A DNA stretch of 64,000 nucleotides, from positions 6,428-70,427 of the forward strand of contig CBDFLP010000012.1 of the NCBI GenBank assembly GCA_965249325.1. The letters run 5' to 3'. A program made the translations under genes and the position numbers. Origin of the DNA: Dehalococcoidia bacterium. GTDB lineage: Bacteria > Chloroflexota > Dehalococcoidia > Lucifugimonadales > Australimonadaceae. Shown here in pieces: positions 38,764 to 48,538 of the stretch. The notes beneath the pieces are model-generated. The model was not told the origin of the DNA and ran no database searches. It was given only the letters and a program-made list of their open reading frames with translations. Numbering within the stretch: position 1 is the first letter of the stretch; each line of letters starts with the position of its first letter.

Positions 38764-39270
38764 ATGAAGCGAATGATGAGTGTGATGGTGATGGCTCTGG
38801 TGTTGTTCGTCTCTTGCCAAGATGCAACACCGGAACCACTTCCCACACCTGTTTCATACAACTGGCTATACTAAACCTATCAGCGAGAACGTGAAGCTAA
38901 CCCCACACGACTAGAGCAGAGAATAAAAGTCAGGCCACTTCATGTTGTCGAAGGACCGATTACCAGCATTCAGGGTTCGAAAATTCAATTCCATATTCGG
39001 CAAGTAATGCTGGGGAAAGACAAGTATGTTGAGTGTGTCTTCCCAGAGGACCGTTACGTGTTGGCTCTAAATATTGGGGAGACGGTATTAGTTGCAGGTA
39101 GACTAGATAGGGCCGATGAGGTTGTCAGGTTGACTGGCTGCATCCTGGTTCCTAAAGGCTACTTTTCCAATGAGCTGCTAAAGTTGACTCCTACTGCAGG
39201 GCCAACTCCAACCCCCACTGCGACACCACTCCCAACTCCCACTGCGGGGCCAACTCCAACCCCCCTGTGA
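38764..39270 (+). pseudogene. OB-fold (tRNA_anti-like) lipoprotein interrupted by in-frame TAA at 38872-38874
   Basis: MKRMMSVMVMALVLFVSC (lipobox) ...SYNWLY-TAA-TYQREREANPTRLEQRIKVRPLHVVEGPITSIQ... continues in the same frame into listed ORF 39007..39270, and a PT-rich tail follows. The region is visibly low in GC. Confidence 0.5.
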
Positions 39271-39410
39271 CACCGACCCCCCAGAACGTGACACTACCCC
39301 GCTGACCCCACCCGCCCCGCCTGCTACGATGACCCTTGCAATGGTCTTCCACGGGACAGAGCATCTATGCCGGCAGAGGCCAAGCAGGTGAAGGAGGAGA
39401 GAGAGGAACG

Positions 39411-39839
39411 ATGAAAGTCCTAGGCGTAGGTTTGCTCACCGTGCTCTGTGTGGCAGTTGGATGCGGCGGCGATCCAGGTCCCACGGCTACGCCCGTCGTG
39501 TGCGAGACAGACTTTTCGGCATTCGAGAAAAAGGGCATCGTCCACGATGACTATCAGGGCATCTGTGTTGAAGACGGCGGCTACTACCTGTACTTGACAT
39601 TGAGAAACAATACGGATGAACCCTTTCGCCTAAGTCTATTGCAAGGGGACAAAGACCCAAAAATCTTATACGAAGTGGGCAGGAAGTCCCTCAATGATGC
39701 CGCAGTCTATTTGTTGAAGGTGTGCCCATCCGACTGTGATGCAACGCAGGGGCAGGTGCAGATAGAAGTTGACGCTCCCGATGCCCCAGCCGATGTTGAG
39801 TGGGCAGTGCGAGTGGAAAAGAAAATAGACTCAACATGA
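39411..39839 (+). CDS. Hypothetical Cys-rich lipoprotein
   Basis: ATG 39411 lies behind AGGAGGAGAGAGAGG. The lipobox is MKVLGVGLLTVLCVAVGCGG. There is no recognisable domain, and composition is low GC like the preceding gene. Confidence 0.55.
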   Translation: MKVLGVGLLTVLCVAVGCGGDPGPTATPVVCETDFSAFEKKGIVHDDYQGICVEDGGYYLYLTLRNNTDEPFRLSLLQGDKDPKILYEVGRKSLNDAAVYLLKVCPSDCDATQGQVQIEVDAPDAPADVEWAVRVEKKIDST

Positions 39840-39890
39840 ACGGCAGCGCCATTCACTACAGCCCACGTTTGCTGCGGCGATACGGCGATT

Positions 39891-40093
39891 CCTGGATTCC
39901 CGCATGCGCGGGAATGACGGAGCGCCCGCCCCCTATGCGGCATTGTGGACGTTGAGGGGGCCTCTTCCTCGCTAGATATCCGCCGTCTGTGGGGGAGGGA
40001 CTTCGGGGTAGTGACGAATGGGAGGGGCTGCGAGGTTCCCGCCCGCGCGGGAATGCCCCCTCTCTAGCTCTCCCCCGCAGTTGGTGGAGAGGA
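39891..40093. repeat. Cluster of REP-like elements (type A inverted x2, type B inverted x1)
   Basis: 39891-39920 reads cctggattcccgcatgcgcgggaatgacgg. 40031-40055 reads cgaggttcccgcccgcgcgggaatg. 40056-40093 reads ccccctctctagctctcccccgcagttggtggagagga. Confidence 0.7.
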
Positions 40094-40251
40094 CTTTCGG
40101 ACGCAGGCGGCGCCCTTTGCGCAACACCTCACCACCACTACGACACTTGCCCCTTACGCCAACCCGCCTCCATCGCGTACCGTGGAATCCCATCATGCCT
40201 ATCCCCGCGCTACCCCTGATACCCCAACCCTGCCGCGCTGCCGATGCCCCC

Positions 40252-40326
40252 GAAAATCCTCCCCCCTGTCTACGGGAGGGTGTTTGGTCCTCTCCCCCGT
40301 CTGCGGGGGAGAGTTAGAGAGGGGGG
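40252..40326. repeat. Type B palindromic element pair
   Basis: A diverged hairpin gaaaatcctcccccctgtctacgggaggg is followed by cctctcccccgtctgcgggggagagttagagagggggg. Confidence 0.7.
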
Positions 40327-40653
40327 CCCTGGAACAAAGTGTTTTCACATTTATTTCGCACTCTTGATCGTGGGAAGCAGGCCGTGGCCTGCTAAACAGC
40401 CCTGATCAAGAAGGCGAAAGTACCCCTTTCAGCGACACTGCTCACCAATTCTTACGAGTGAAAATCCCATCAAGAAGCAGATTTGCTCCCTCGAAACACA
40501 CGTTTCTTCCCCGCGCGCCGGCAGAGGGGGCGAGGTTCCCGCCTTCGCGGGAATGGCGGGCGGACACGGCGCGGTTGTGAGCGTGCGTGGGGGGTGCTAT
40601 CCTTACGCCCGCGTCCCGGTGAGCCGGGGCGCTTCTGCGTGTAGGCGGCAACG

Positions 40654-41067
40654 ATGCATCTGGTAATCGACGGTCACAACTGCGAGCGGTCGCAGATCTC
40701 CGACCCGGAGGTCGTGCGGCGCTTCTTGGACGAGTTCCCCGACCGCATCTCCATGACCAAGATCACGCCGCCCGCGGTGTACACCTACCAGGGGCCCACT
40801 CCCGAGGACTGGGGCGTCTCGGGGTTCGTGATCATCGCGGAGAGCCACATCAGCGTTCACACCTTCCCGGACCGCGGCTACATCAACATCGATGTCTTCT
40901 CGTGCAAGGAGTTTGACGCCGATACGGCCCTGCGCGAGGTTACGGAGACGTTTGCGATCGAAGATGCGCAGAGCTGGGTGCTCGACCGCGGACTCGAACA
41001 TCTGCAGCCCGCTACGGCGAAGCAGGTCGTCGAATCCGAACGGGAAGCCGTTCGCCAGCGCGTCTAG
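40654..41067 (+). CDS. speH: S-adenosylmethionine decarboxylase proenzyme (class 1, SpeH type)
   Basis: 137 aa. The self-processing site is IIAESHISVHTFP, followed by YINIDVFSC. Confidence 0.9.
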   Translation: MHLVIDGHNCERSQISDPEVVRRFLDEFPDRISMTKITPPAVYTYQGPTPEDWGVSGFVIIAESHISVHTFPDRGYINIDVFSCKEFDADTALREVTETFAIEDAQSWVLDRGLEHLQPATAKQVVESEREAVRQRV

Positions 41068-41085
41068 CGCGTAGAGAGGGCGCCT

Positions 41086-41964
41086 GTGACCTCCGGCGCG
41101 TGGCCGACCATACCTCCTACGTTCCTTGCTCTCGACCCGAGCGAGCATTCCCTGGAGCGGTCGCGGTGGGTCATCCTGCCCGTGCCCTATGAGGCCACGA
41201 CGAGCTACCGGAAGGGAACGCAGGCGGGTCCTGCAGCCATCATCCGCGCGTCGGTTGAGATGGAGGACTACGACCCAGAGTTCGGGTACGACCCCTGCGA
41301 CGCCGGCATCTACACGGCCCCGCCCATCGAGCCCGCCCTCGCCGGTCCCGAGGCGATGGCCCGCCGAGTCGCGGAGGCCGTCGGCGCGTACGCGGACGCC
41401 GACAAGCTCGTGGGGATGCTTGGCGGCGAGCACTCCATCTCGTCGGGGGCGGTGGCGACCCTAGCGGAGCGGCGGCCCGGCCTGAGCGTCCTCGTGTTCG
41501 ACGCCCAAGCCGACCTGCGCGACGAGTATCAGGGCGCCGCGTACAGCCATGCGTGCGCTACGCGACGGATGCTCGATCACGCGGCGGCGACCATCGTCGG
41601 TGTCCGCAGCATGACAGGGGACGAGGCGGCGTTCGCGGCGGAGCGGGGCGTTCCTCTGTTCCTACGGGGCGCTGAGCCGATTACGGACGTGGGCGCAATC
41701 GTCGACACGCTCGCCGAGGACGTCTACGTGTCGTTCGACCTCGACGCCTTCGACCCGTCGTTCATGGCGGCGGTCGGCACGCCTGAGCCGGGGGGCATGG
41801 GCTGGTGGGAGGCGCTGCGGATACTTCGCGCCGTGGGGGAGCGTCGCCGCATAGTGGGCTTCGACGTCGTCGAGCTATCGCCCGGCGAGGGTCCCGAGGC
41901 GTGCGCATATACAGCCGCGAAGCTGGCGTACAAGCTTATCGCTTACGCGTCGCTTGGGGGGTAG
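41086..41964 (+). CDS. speB: Agmatinase / ureohydrolase family protein
   Basis: 292 aa with arginase-family Mn motifs GGEHSIS, VFDAQADL and SFDLDAFDPSFMAAVGTPEPGG. Confidence 0.85.
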   Translation: MTSGAWPTIPPTFLALDPSEHSLERSRWVILPVPYEATTSYRKGTQAGPAAIIRASVEMEDYDPEFGYDPCDAGIYTAPPIEPALAGPEAMARRVAEAVGAYADADKLVGMLGGEHSISSGAVATLAERRPGLSVLVFDAQADLRDEYQGAAYSHACATRRMLDHAAATIVGVRSMTGDEAAFAAERGVPLFLRGAEPITDVGAIVDTLAEDVYVSFDLDAFDPSFMAAVGTPEPGGMGWWEALRILRAVGERRRIVGFDVVELSPGEGPEACAYTAAKLAYKLIAYASLGG

Positions 41965-42040
41965 GCTTCCCTGGGGGCTCATGCCCACCCCTCCTCGGTC
42001 CTCCCCCGCGGATGGGGGAGGAAGAGATAGAGTGAGCGCC

Positions 42041-43234
42041 ATGGCGAGCAGGCCTGACCGCACCATCTATATGGATCACGCCGCGACCACGGCCATCGCG
42101 CCTGAAGTGGTCGAGGCGATGCGGCCCTACCTGACAGAGGGATACGGCAACCCGTCGAGCATCTACGCGCTTGGGCAGCAGGCGCGTCGCGCCATCGACG
42201 ACGCGCGGGAGCGGTGCGCCAAGGTCTTGGGCGCTCGGGCGGGGGAGATCGTCTTCACGAGCGGCGGGACCGAGTCGGACAACGCCGGCATCATGGGCCC
42301 AGCCCTGGCGCTGAAGGACCAAGGCCGTCACATCGTGACCACGAAGATCGAGCACCACGCGGTGCTGCACGCGGCCGCGCTGCTGGAAACGCTCGGCTGG
42401 GAAGCGTCCTACGTCGCGCCCAGCAAGGACGGCGTCGTGCGTGCGGGGGACGTGCTAGACGCGGTGCGGCGGGAGACGACCGTCGTGAGCGTGATGCTGG
42501 CGAACAACGAGATCGGGACGGTCCAGCCCGTCGCCGAGGTCGCGCGCCTCGTGAAGGAGCGCGCATCGGTGGAGCGCCGGTCGATTGTCGTACACACGGA
42601 CGCGGTGCAGGCTGCGGGAGCGATGCCGGTGGACGTGGACGCCCTAGGCGTCGACCTCCTCTCGCTCTCGGCCCACAAGTTCAACGGCCCCAAGGGAGTC
42701 GGACTGCTGTACGTCCGGCGCGGCACGCCATTCACGCCCACGCAGGTCGGCGGCGGACAGGAGCGCGACCGGCGCGCGGGCACGGAGAACACCGCGGGCA
42801 TCGTCGGCATGAGCGTTGCGCTCGAGAACGCGGAGCGCCGCCGCGCCCGGAACGCGGCGGCCTGCGCCGGGCTGCGCGACCGGTTGGTCAGCGGCATCCT
42901 CGAACGGGTGGAGCGCGTCGAGGTGAACGGAGACCTCGACGCGAGGCTGCCGGGCAACGTGAACGTCTCCTTCCCCGGGGTGGAGGCCGAGCCGCTGCTG
43001 ATGGGGCTCGACCTCGCGGGAATCGCGGCGTCGAGCGGCAGCGCGTGTACGGCGGGCTCGCTGGAGCCGTCGCATGTTCTGCTGGCGTTGGGGCGGTCGA
43101 CGGAGGCGGCGAGGACGAGCCTCCGGCTCACGGTCGGGCCGGAGAACACCGAGGAGGAGGTGGACTACGTGGTGGAGACGATAGCCCGCTTGGCGCCCAA
43201 GCTGCGGGCGCTCTCCCGAAATGGGAGAGGCTAG
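42041..43234 (+). CDS. Cysteine desulfurase (NifS/IscS class, PLP-dependent)
   Basis: Start is at MASRPDRTIYMDHAATT. The PLP lysine motif is SLSAHKFNGPKG and the catalytic loop is SSGSACTAGSLEPSHVL. Only the 3' part of ORF 41954..43234 upstream of this start is uncertain. Confidence 0.9.
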   Translation: MASRPDRTIYMDHAATTAIAPEVVEAMRPYLTEGYGNPSSIYALGQQARRAIDDARERCAKVLGARAGEIVFTSGGTESDNAGIMGPALALKDQGRHIVTTKIEHHAVLHAAALLETLGWEASYVAPSKDGVVRAGDVLDAVRRETTVVSVMLANNEIGTVQPVAEVARLVKERASVERRSIVVHTDAVQAAGAMPVDVDALGVDLLSLSAHKFNGPKGVGLLYVRRGTPFTPTQVGGGQERDRRAGTENTAGIVGMSVALENAERRRARNAAACAGLRDRLVSGILERVERVEVNGDLDARLPGNVNVSFPGVEAEPLLMGLDLAGIAASSGSACTAGSLEPSHVLLALGRSTEAARTSLRLTVGPENTEEEVDYVVETIARLAPKLRALSRNGRG

Positions 43235-43242
43235 GCAATCGC

Positions 43243-43869
43243 GTGAGGCTCCCACCGCCGCTCGAGGAGTTCCTGTACGAGCCGCCGGTCGCGCCGACGA
43301 TCTGGCCGCGGCGCGTCTTCCATCTGCTGGCCGGCTCGTCCATACCCGTCGTCATCCTCTTTCTGCCGAGGGACGTGGTCGAGTGGGGCTTGATTGCGGC
43401 GAGCGTGATTGCGGTGTTGTTCGAGCTCGTGCGGAGTCTGGCGCCCTCGATGAACGAGCTGGCGGTCCGACGTCTGCCGTTCTTCAAAGACTCGGAGCGC
43501 TGGCAGGTGACCGGCGCGACCTATATGACGCTGTCGGCGACGTTCATCGTGTTCGTATTCGACAAGGAGGTCGCGGTGCTCGCCCTGTTGTTCCTGTCCG
43601 TGGGCGACCCCTTCGCGGCCCTCATCGGCGTTCGGGACCACCGGACGCGCGTGTTCGGCAAGTCGCTGGCGGGAGCGGTCGCCTTCACGAGCGCCGCCAT
43701 CGGCGCCGGCCTGCTGGCGTCGCTCCATCCCGACGTTCCGCTGGCGTGGTGGATCGTCCCCGGCGCGGTCGTCGCCGCCGCCGCGGAGCTCGCGCCCCTG
43801 CCGATCGACGACAACATCACCGTGCCGCTGGCGGCGTCGGTGGCGATGGCGCTCCTGGCATTGGCGTAG
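43243..43869 (+). CDS. CTP-dependent phosphatidate cytidylyltransferase / dolichol(phytol)-kinase family membrane protein
   Basis: GTG 43243. The protein is multi-TM and carries SVGDPFAALIGVRDHRTRVFGKSLAGAVAF, resembling the CTP_transf_1 signature. It is only the tail of the 551-aa ORF 42214..43869. Confidence 0.55.
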   Translation: MRLPPPLEEFLYEPPVAPTIWPRRVFHLLAGSSIPVVILFLPRDVVEWGLIAASVIAVLFELVRSLAPSMNELAVRRLPFFKDSERWQVTGATYMTLSATFIVFVFDKEVAVLALLFLSVGDPFAALIGVRDHRTRVFGKSLAGAVAFTSAAIGAGLLASLHPDVPLAWWIVPGAVVAAAAELAPLPIDDNITVPLAASVAMALLALA

Positions 43870-43878
43870 ACTTTGCGC

Positions 43879-44751
43879 ATGCTGGAGATACGCGCCCCCC
43901 GGGACTTCCCCTTTCCCGGTTCATGGGGATGGTCTTTAGACCACGATCCTGTCTTGCAAGACCCGCGGGCGTCTGCGTTCGCCGAGGATGAAGTCGTTCT
44001 CGACCTACGCGAATGCGTCCGCGTGGACTTCCCCGCCGCGTTGTGGTGCGCGGTATATGCGTCCTTGGTGCGGAACGCAGGTGTCGCGTGTCGCCTGCTG
44101 GCTCCCAGGGATTTGAGCGCGGCCGCCTATCTCAGGGAGCTAGGACTGTTCTCCGCGTTGGGCGACAGGGGCGTTACGGTCGAGGCCGTGACAACTGAAT
44201 TCGCAATCGACCACGTCGTAGTGCTTCCGATCACGAATTTCTCGACTACCAATGGGGCCGAGGAGTTGGCCTATGAGGCTTTAGACCGGTGGAACCAAGG
44301 TCAGATTCCAGGCAATCTACGCAGCCAGGCGTCGGAGACGTTCGGCGAACTTGCGAACAATGCTGCTGAACACGCCCAGTCCCCCGTGGGGGCATTCGGC
44401 ATAATTCTGTTCTACCAGGATGGGCGGTCCCCTCAGAGCGCTCGGCATCTGGCCTGCGCCGTCGCCGACGGAGGGTTGGGAATCAGAGAAGCGCTTGGCC
44501 GCAATCCAACATTGCGGCGCACGACCGATAGCGAGGCCATTGAACTTGCGCTCCGCGAACGAAACAGCGGGACGGGACTGCCCTCCCGTGGGATAGGCCT
44601 GTCTTGGGTCACCCAATCGTCGCCCCTCTTGACCGTACACTCCGGCGGTGGAGTTGTCGTGATAGGCTCGGAGGAGGTTCCTCCACACAGTCGTGAGGAT
44701 GACATCGTGTTCCCGGGCACGTACGTTTCAGCGAGCGTCAACTTTGGTTAG
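43879..44751 (+). CDS. GHKL-type (histidine-kinase-like) ATPase with N-terminal STAS-like region
   Basis: N-box FGELANNAAEHA, G1 box AVADGGLGI and G2-like SGTGLPSRGIGLS are present. The N-terminal VVLDLRECVRVDFPAAL...YLRELGLFSAL resembles a STAS/anti-anti-sigma fold. Start is ATG 43879 (or TTG 43873). Confidence 0.6.
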   Translation: MLEIRAPRDFPFPGSWGWSLDHDPVLQDPRASAFAEDEVVLDLRECVRVDFPAALWCAVYASLVRNAGVACRLLAPRDLSAAAYLRELGLFSALGDRGVTVEAVTTEFAIDHVVVLPITNFSTTNGAEELAYEALDRWNQGQIPGNLRSQASETFGELANNAAEHAQSPVGAFGIILFYQDGRSPQSARHLACAVADGGLGIREALGRNPTLRRTTDSEAIELALRERNSGTGLPSRGIGLSWVTQSSPLLTVHSGGGVVVIGSEEVPPHSREDDIVFPGTYVSASVNFG

Positions 44752-44755
44752 CCCC

Positions 44756-45076
44756 ATGTCGCACATCGCTATTGGCAACTTAATCCACAAGCGGGTTCTG
44801 ACGGCGCGTGACTCGGTGAAGGCGGTTGCGCCGGAGATAGTTGACGCAGCTGCCAGGGGCAGCGGGGAGATTATTTTCGACTTCTCTGGCGTCGAGGCTG
44901 CGGGGCCGTCCGTGCTCGAACAGTTGCTATCGACCGTGGCGCATCTGTCCGGCGGCAGGGACATCCTGTTCTTGAACATGCCCGGCGATTCGCTCAAGGT
45001 TGAGATGGTCGCGCGCGCTCACAACCGCTCCGTCGTCGAGGATGAACGGGGGGGCTGGCGGCTTACTGCTGCGTAG
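44756..45076 (+). CDS. STAS-like small protein (DUF4325-like)
   Basis: 106 aa starting 4 nt after the ATPase stop. [25 protein letters not shown]...ILFLNMP has the layout of STAS-like DUF4325 proteins. Confidence 0.55.
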   Translation: MSHIAIGNLIHKRVLTARDSVKAVAPEIVDAAARGSGEIIFDFSGVEAAGPSVLEQLLSTVAHLSGGRDILFLNMPGDSLKVEMVARAHNRSVVEDERGGWRLTAA

Positions 45077-45081
45077 CGTCC

Positions 45082-47121
45082 ATGCCCAACCTCCTTATCA
45101 ACGAGACTTCTCCCTACCTGCTGCAGCACGCTCATAATCCGGTGGACTGGCGGCCGTGGGGCGAGGAAGCGTTCGCGAAGGCCAGGGCGGAGGACAAGCC
45201 CGTCCTCGTTTCCATCGGCTACGCGGCGTGTCACTGGTGCCATGTGATGGAGCGCGAGTCCTTCGAGGATGAGACGGTCGCGCAGAAGATGAACGACCTC
45301 CTTGTCCCCATCAAAGTCGACCGCGAGGAGCGGCCCGACATCGACGGCATCTATATGGAGGCAATCCAGCGCATGCACGGGCACGGCGGCTGGCCGCTCA
45401 ACGTGTTCCTCATGCCGGACGGAAGGCCGTTCTACGGGGGGACGTACTTTCCGCCGACCGACCGCGGTGGCATGCCCTCCTGGTCCAAGGTGATCGACGC
45501 GGTGGCGGACGCCTATTACACGCGCCGGGACGCAGTCCTGGAGAACGCGCGCATCCTGACCGAGGCGCTCAGGACGTCGTCGCAGATGGACTCGCCCGAT
45601 GAGGCGGTGCGGGAGTCGACGCTGGACCTGGCCTACCGGGGCCTGGCGTCGATGTTCGACCCAGAGCATGGAGGCTTCGGCGGCGCTCCCAAGTTTCCAC
45701 AGTCGATGCCCCAAGAGTTCCTCCTCCGGTACTACGCCAGGACCGGTGAGGAGCACCCGCGCGAAATGGTGGAGGTCTCGCTTCAGCGGATGGCGAACGG
45801 GGGCATCTACGATCACCTGGGCGGTGGGTTCGCCCGGTATTCAACGGACGGTTTCTGGCTCGTGCCGCACTTCGAGAAGATGCTGTACGACAACGGGCTT
45901 CTCGCCTCGCTCTACCTTCAGGGGTTCCAAATCACGGGCGACCAACGCTACCGGGTGGTAGTGGAAGAGACGCTGGACTATCTGCTGCGCGATCTCCGGC
46001 ATGCCGACGGCGGCTTCTTCTCGTCGCAGGACGCCGACAGCGAAGGCGTCGAGGGGAAGTACTACGTATGGGCGCAGAGCGAGGTCGAACGTCTCCTGGG
46101 CGATGATGCGGCCTTGTTCATCCGCTACTACGGGGTGACTTCGCACGGCAACTTCGAGGGCCGCAACATACTCAATGTCCCGGACAGCGCCGCCGCCGCG
46201 GCGGCCGACCTGGGCGTGAGCGTCGACGAGCTTACCGAGCGCCTAGCGCCGATGCGTCAGACGCTTCTGGAGGAGCGGACCAAGCGCATCCCGCCCGCGA
46301 CCGACGATAAGGTGCTGACGGGCTGGAACGGCCTTGCCTTGCGGACGCTGTCGGAGGCCGCTTTCGTGCTGGACCGGCCCGACTACCGCGAGGCGGCTGA
46401 ACGCAACGCCGAATTCCTGCTCCGCGAGCTGCGCCCGGACGGGCGTGTACTGCGGACCTGGAAGGACGGTCGGGCGCATCTCGCCGGTTATCTGGAAGAC
46501 TATGCGCTGCTCATCAACGGGCTGCTCTCTCTGCACGCCGCGACCTTCTCGCGCCGGTGGCTCGTGGAAGCCAAGCATCTGGTCGACGAGATGATCGGGC
46601 TGTTCTGGGATGCCACAGCGGAGGCGTTCTACGACGTGGGGACCGACCACGAGGAGCTGATTGTCCGGCCCCGCGACACGTTCGATAACGCGGTCCCGAG
46701 CGGCGGTTCCGCCGCGGGGGAGGCGCTTCTGCGGGTGGCTGCGCTCACTGGGGACGAAGAGTACGCCGCAAAGGCGGCCCGACTGCTCAGGGGCGTCGCG
46801 CCGCTTGCATCGAGGCATCCAATGGGGTTCGGGAACTGGCTTCGAGCAATCGACCTTCACCTAGCTTCTCCGACGGAAGTGGTCATCGTGGGAGACCCGT
46901 CCTCCGAGGCGACTCGTGCGCTCCTCGCCCCGCTGCGCGAACGGTTCATGCCCACGGCGGCGTTCTTGGGCGTCGCCCCGGGCGATCCTTACTCGTTCTC
47001 GACTCCGCTTATCGAGGGCCGAACGGAGTCCGCCGTTCCGACGGCCTACGTGTGCCACGGGTATTCGTGCGACTTGCCGACGAGCGACCCGAACGTGCTC
47101 GCCGGTCAGCTTGGAGGGTGA
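45082..47121 (+). CDS. Thioredoxin-domain (DUF255) / six-hairpin glycosidase-like protein, YyaL/SSP411 family
   Basis: 679 aa. The canonical N-terminus is [51 protein letters not shown]. Confidence 0.9.
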   Translation: MPNLLINETSPYLLQHAHNPVDWRPWGEEAFAKARAEDKPVLVSIGYAACHWCHVMERESFEDETVAQKMNDLLVPIKVDREERPDIDGIYMEAIQRMHGHGGWPLNVFLMPDGRPFYGGTYFPPTDRGGMPSWSKVIDAVADAYYTRRDAVLENARILTEALRTSSQMDSPDEAVRESTLDLAYRGLASMFDPEHGGFGGAPKFPQSMPQEFLLRYYARTGEEHPREMVEVSLQRMANGGIYDHLGGGFARYSTDGFWLVPHFEKMLYDNGLLASLYLQGFQITGDQRYRVVVEETLDYLLRDLRHADGGFFSSQDADSEGVEGKYYVWAQSEVERLLGDDAALFIRYYGVTSHGNFEGRNILNVPDSAAAAAADLGVSVDELTERLAPMRQTLLEERTKRIPPATDDKVLTGWNGLALRTLSEAAFVLDRPDYREAAERNAEFLLRELRPDGRVLRTWKDGRAHLAGYLEDYALLINGLLSLHAATFSRRWLVEAKHLVDEMIGLFWDATAEAFYDVGTDHEELIVRPRDTFDNAVPSGGSAAGEALLRVAALTGDEEYAAKAARLLRGVAPLASRHPMGFGNWLRAIDLHLASPTEVVIVGDPSSEATRALLAPLRERFMPTAAFLGVAPGDPYSFSTPLIEGRTESAVPTAYVCHGYSCDLPTSDPNVLAGQLGG

Positions 47122-47201
47122 CGGGCTCACACGAACCGGCTCGCCAGACGCGGGCCTCGACTTGCCGCAGGCTGTAGGATTGGGACGCAGCGGGCGAGGC
47201 T

Positions 47202-48509
47202 ATGCAGGACCACCACGACGAGCCTAGAGTAGCGAATATGGTTGAACGCGGCTTTTGGTTCAGGACGGCCGTCGTGGCCGTGGCGCTCAGCGCCGTCGTT
47301 TTCCTTTTCAGCATCCTCGGGCGCATCTGGGGATTCCTGGGGGACCTCCTCCTCATCTTCTTCCTGGCGTATCTGGTTGGTTCGCTGGTGATTCACGTGG
47401 TGAACGCCGTTATGCGCGTGCCGCACATGACGCGGCCGGTAGCGATCTTCTTGGTATATGCCGTCTTTCTCATGCTCGTGGCCGTCTTTGGATTCCTGGT
47501 CATACCTTCGATCGTGAACCAGATCACCGAGCTGACGGAGGTCGTTCCCGAATACGTCGATCGGGCGCCGGAGCTCATTCAATGGGTTGAGGGGTCTTTG
47601 GCCCGCGCCGGCATTGAATTCGACCTCGAGAACCGGGTGCAGCTTGACTTCCTGAGCGACCTCGCCACCAGCACTGCCCAAGTTGTGGCGGACAACGCGG
47701 GCCAGATCCTTCAGAGCGTCGTGACCTTGATCTTTGGGGTCTCGTTGGTGGTGGTGATCTCGTTCTACATCGTGCTCGACGGGGGTCGCCGCCTGCATGA
47801 GTCGCTGAAGGTGCTGCCGCCCAGGGCCGAGCAGGAGGCGCGCTTCATCCTTCGGACCATCGACGACACCTTCTACGGGTACGTCCGGGGCATGCTGCTC
47901 GTGTCGATGATCTACGGCGTCGGCACCGCGGGAGTCATGATTGGGACGGGCTTGCCGGCGGCCCTGCCGGTGGCGTTGATATCCAGCATTCTGCTGGCGG
48001 TGCCATTCGTGGGAGACTGGCTTGCTCTCGCGCTGCCGCTGATCGTGGCCGCCGTGGCGGGCGACTTCCTCACGTTTATCATCGTGTTGGCGGTGCTGCT
48101 ATTCATACAGCAGGTGATGCTGAACCTGCTGACACCCAGGATTCTGGGCCGCGCCGTGCGGATGCCCGCCATGCTCGTCGTCGTTGCCGTGGTGGTTGGA
48201 GCGCGGCTCGCGGGTCTCGCGGGAGCGCTGCTCGGAGTGCCCACGATGGGCGTCATCCATGCATTGGCGGTCCACTACGGGCTCCGCATCCGGGAGCGGC
48301 GTGAACAGCGGGAGAACGCGGCTCGCGAGGCGGCGGAGCCCGTTGCCGTGGAGGCCGAGGCTGCCGGGAACGAGGCGACGGAAGAGGCCGAGCCCCGTCT
48401 CCTCGTCGCGGGAAGCTCTCCTTCAACGAATGGGGAGGGTGAAGAGCGCGCCCGGCTCAGGACGCAGGCCCCGCGCGCTCGGTTCGAGGGAGGCATGCCT
48501 CCCTGCTGA
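47202..48509 (+). CDS. AI-2E family transporter (PerM/UPF0118)
   Basis: 435 aa with about 8 TM segments and a charged C-terminal tail. The start could instead be MVERGF 36 nt downstream. Confidence 0.8.
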   Translation: MQDHHDEPRVANMVERGFWFRTAVVAVALSAVVFLFSILGRIWGFLGDLLLIFFLAYLVGSLVIHVVNAVMRVPHMTRPVAIFLVYAVFLMLVAVFGFLVIPSIVNQITELTEVVPEYVDRAPELIQWVEGSLARAGIEFDLENRVQLDFLSDLATSTAQVVADNAGQILQSVVTLIFGVSLVVVISFYIVLDGGRRLHESLKVLPPRAEQEARFILRTIDDTFYGYVRGMLLVSMIYGVGTAGVMIGTGLPAALPVALISSILLAVPFVGDWLALALPLIVAAVAGDFLTFIIVLAVLLFIQQVMLNLLTPRILGRAVRMPAMLVVVAVVVGARLAGLAGALLGVPTMGVIHALAVHYGLRIRERREQRENAAREAAEPVAVEAEAAGNEATEEAEPRLLVAGSSPSTNGEGEERARLRTQAPRARFEGGMPPC

Positions 48510-48538
48510 CCCTTTGTTCTCAGGGGGAGGGAGAGGGC

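Noticed and set aside
38443-40557. Possible CRISPR array, suggested by the many short palindromic repeats.
   Set aside because: The repeats belong to two different families, occur in both orientations, and have irregular spacing that includes whole genes. There is no constant repeat-spacer periodicity and no cas gene in the window. They fit REP/MITE-like elements better.
42214-43242. The N-terminal about 340 codons of the 551-aa ORF 42214..43869.
   Set aside because: This part is out of frame over the cysteine desulfurase gene and is Arg/Gly-rich. Only the last 208 codons (from GTG 43243) look like a real membrane protein.
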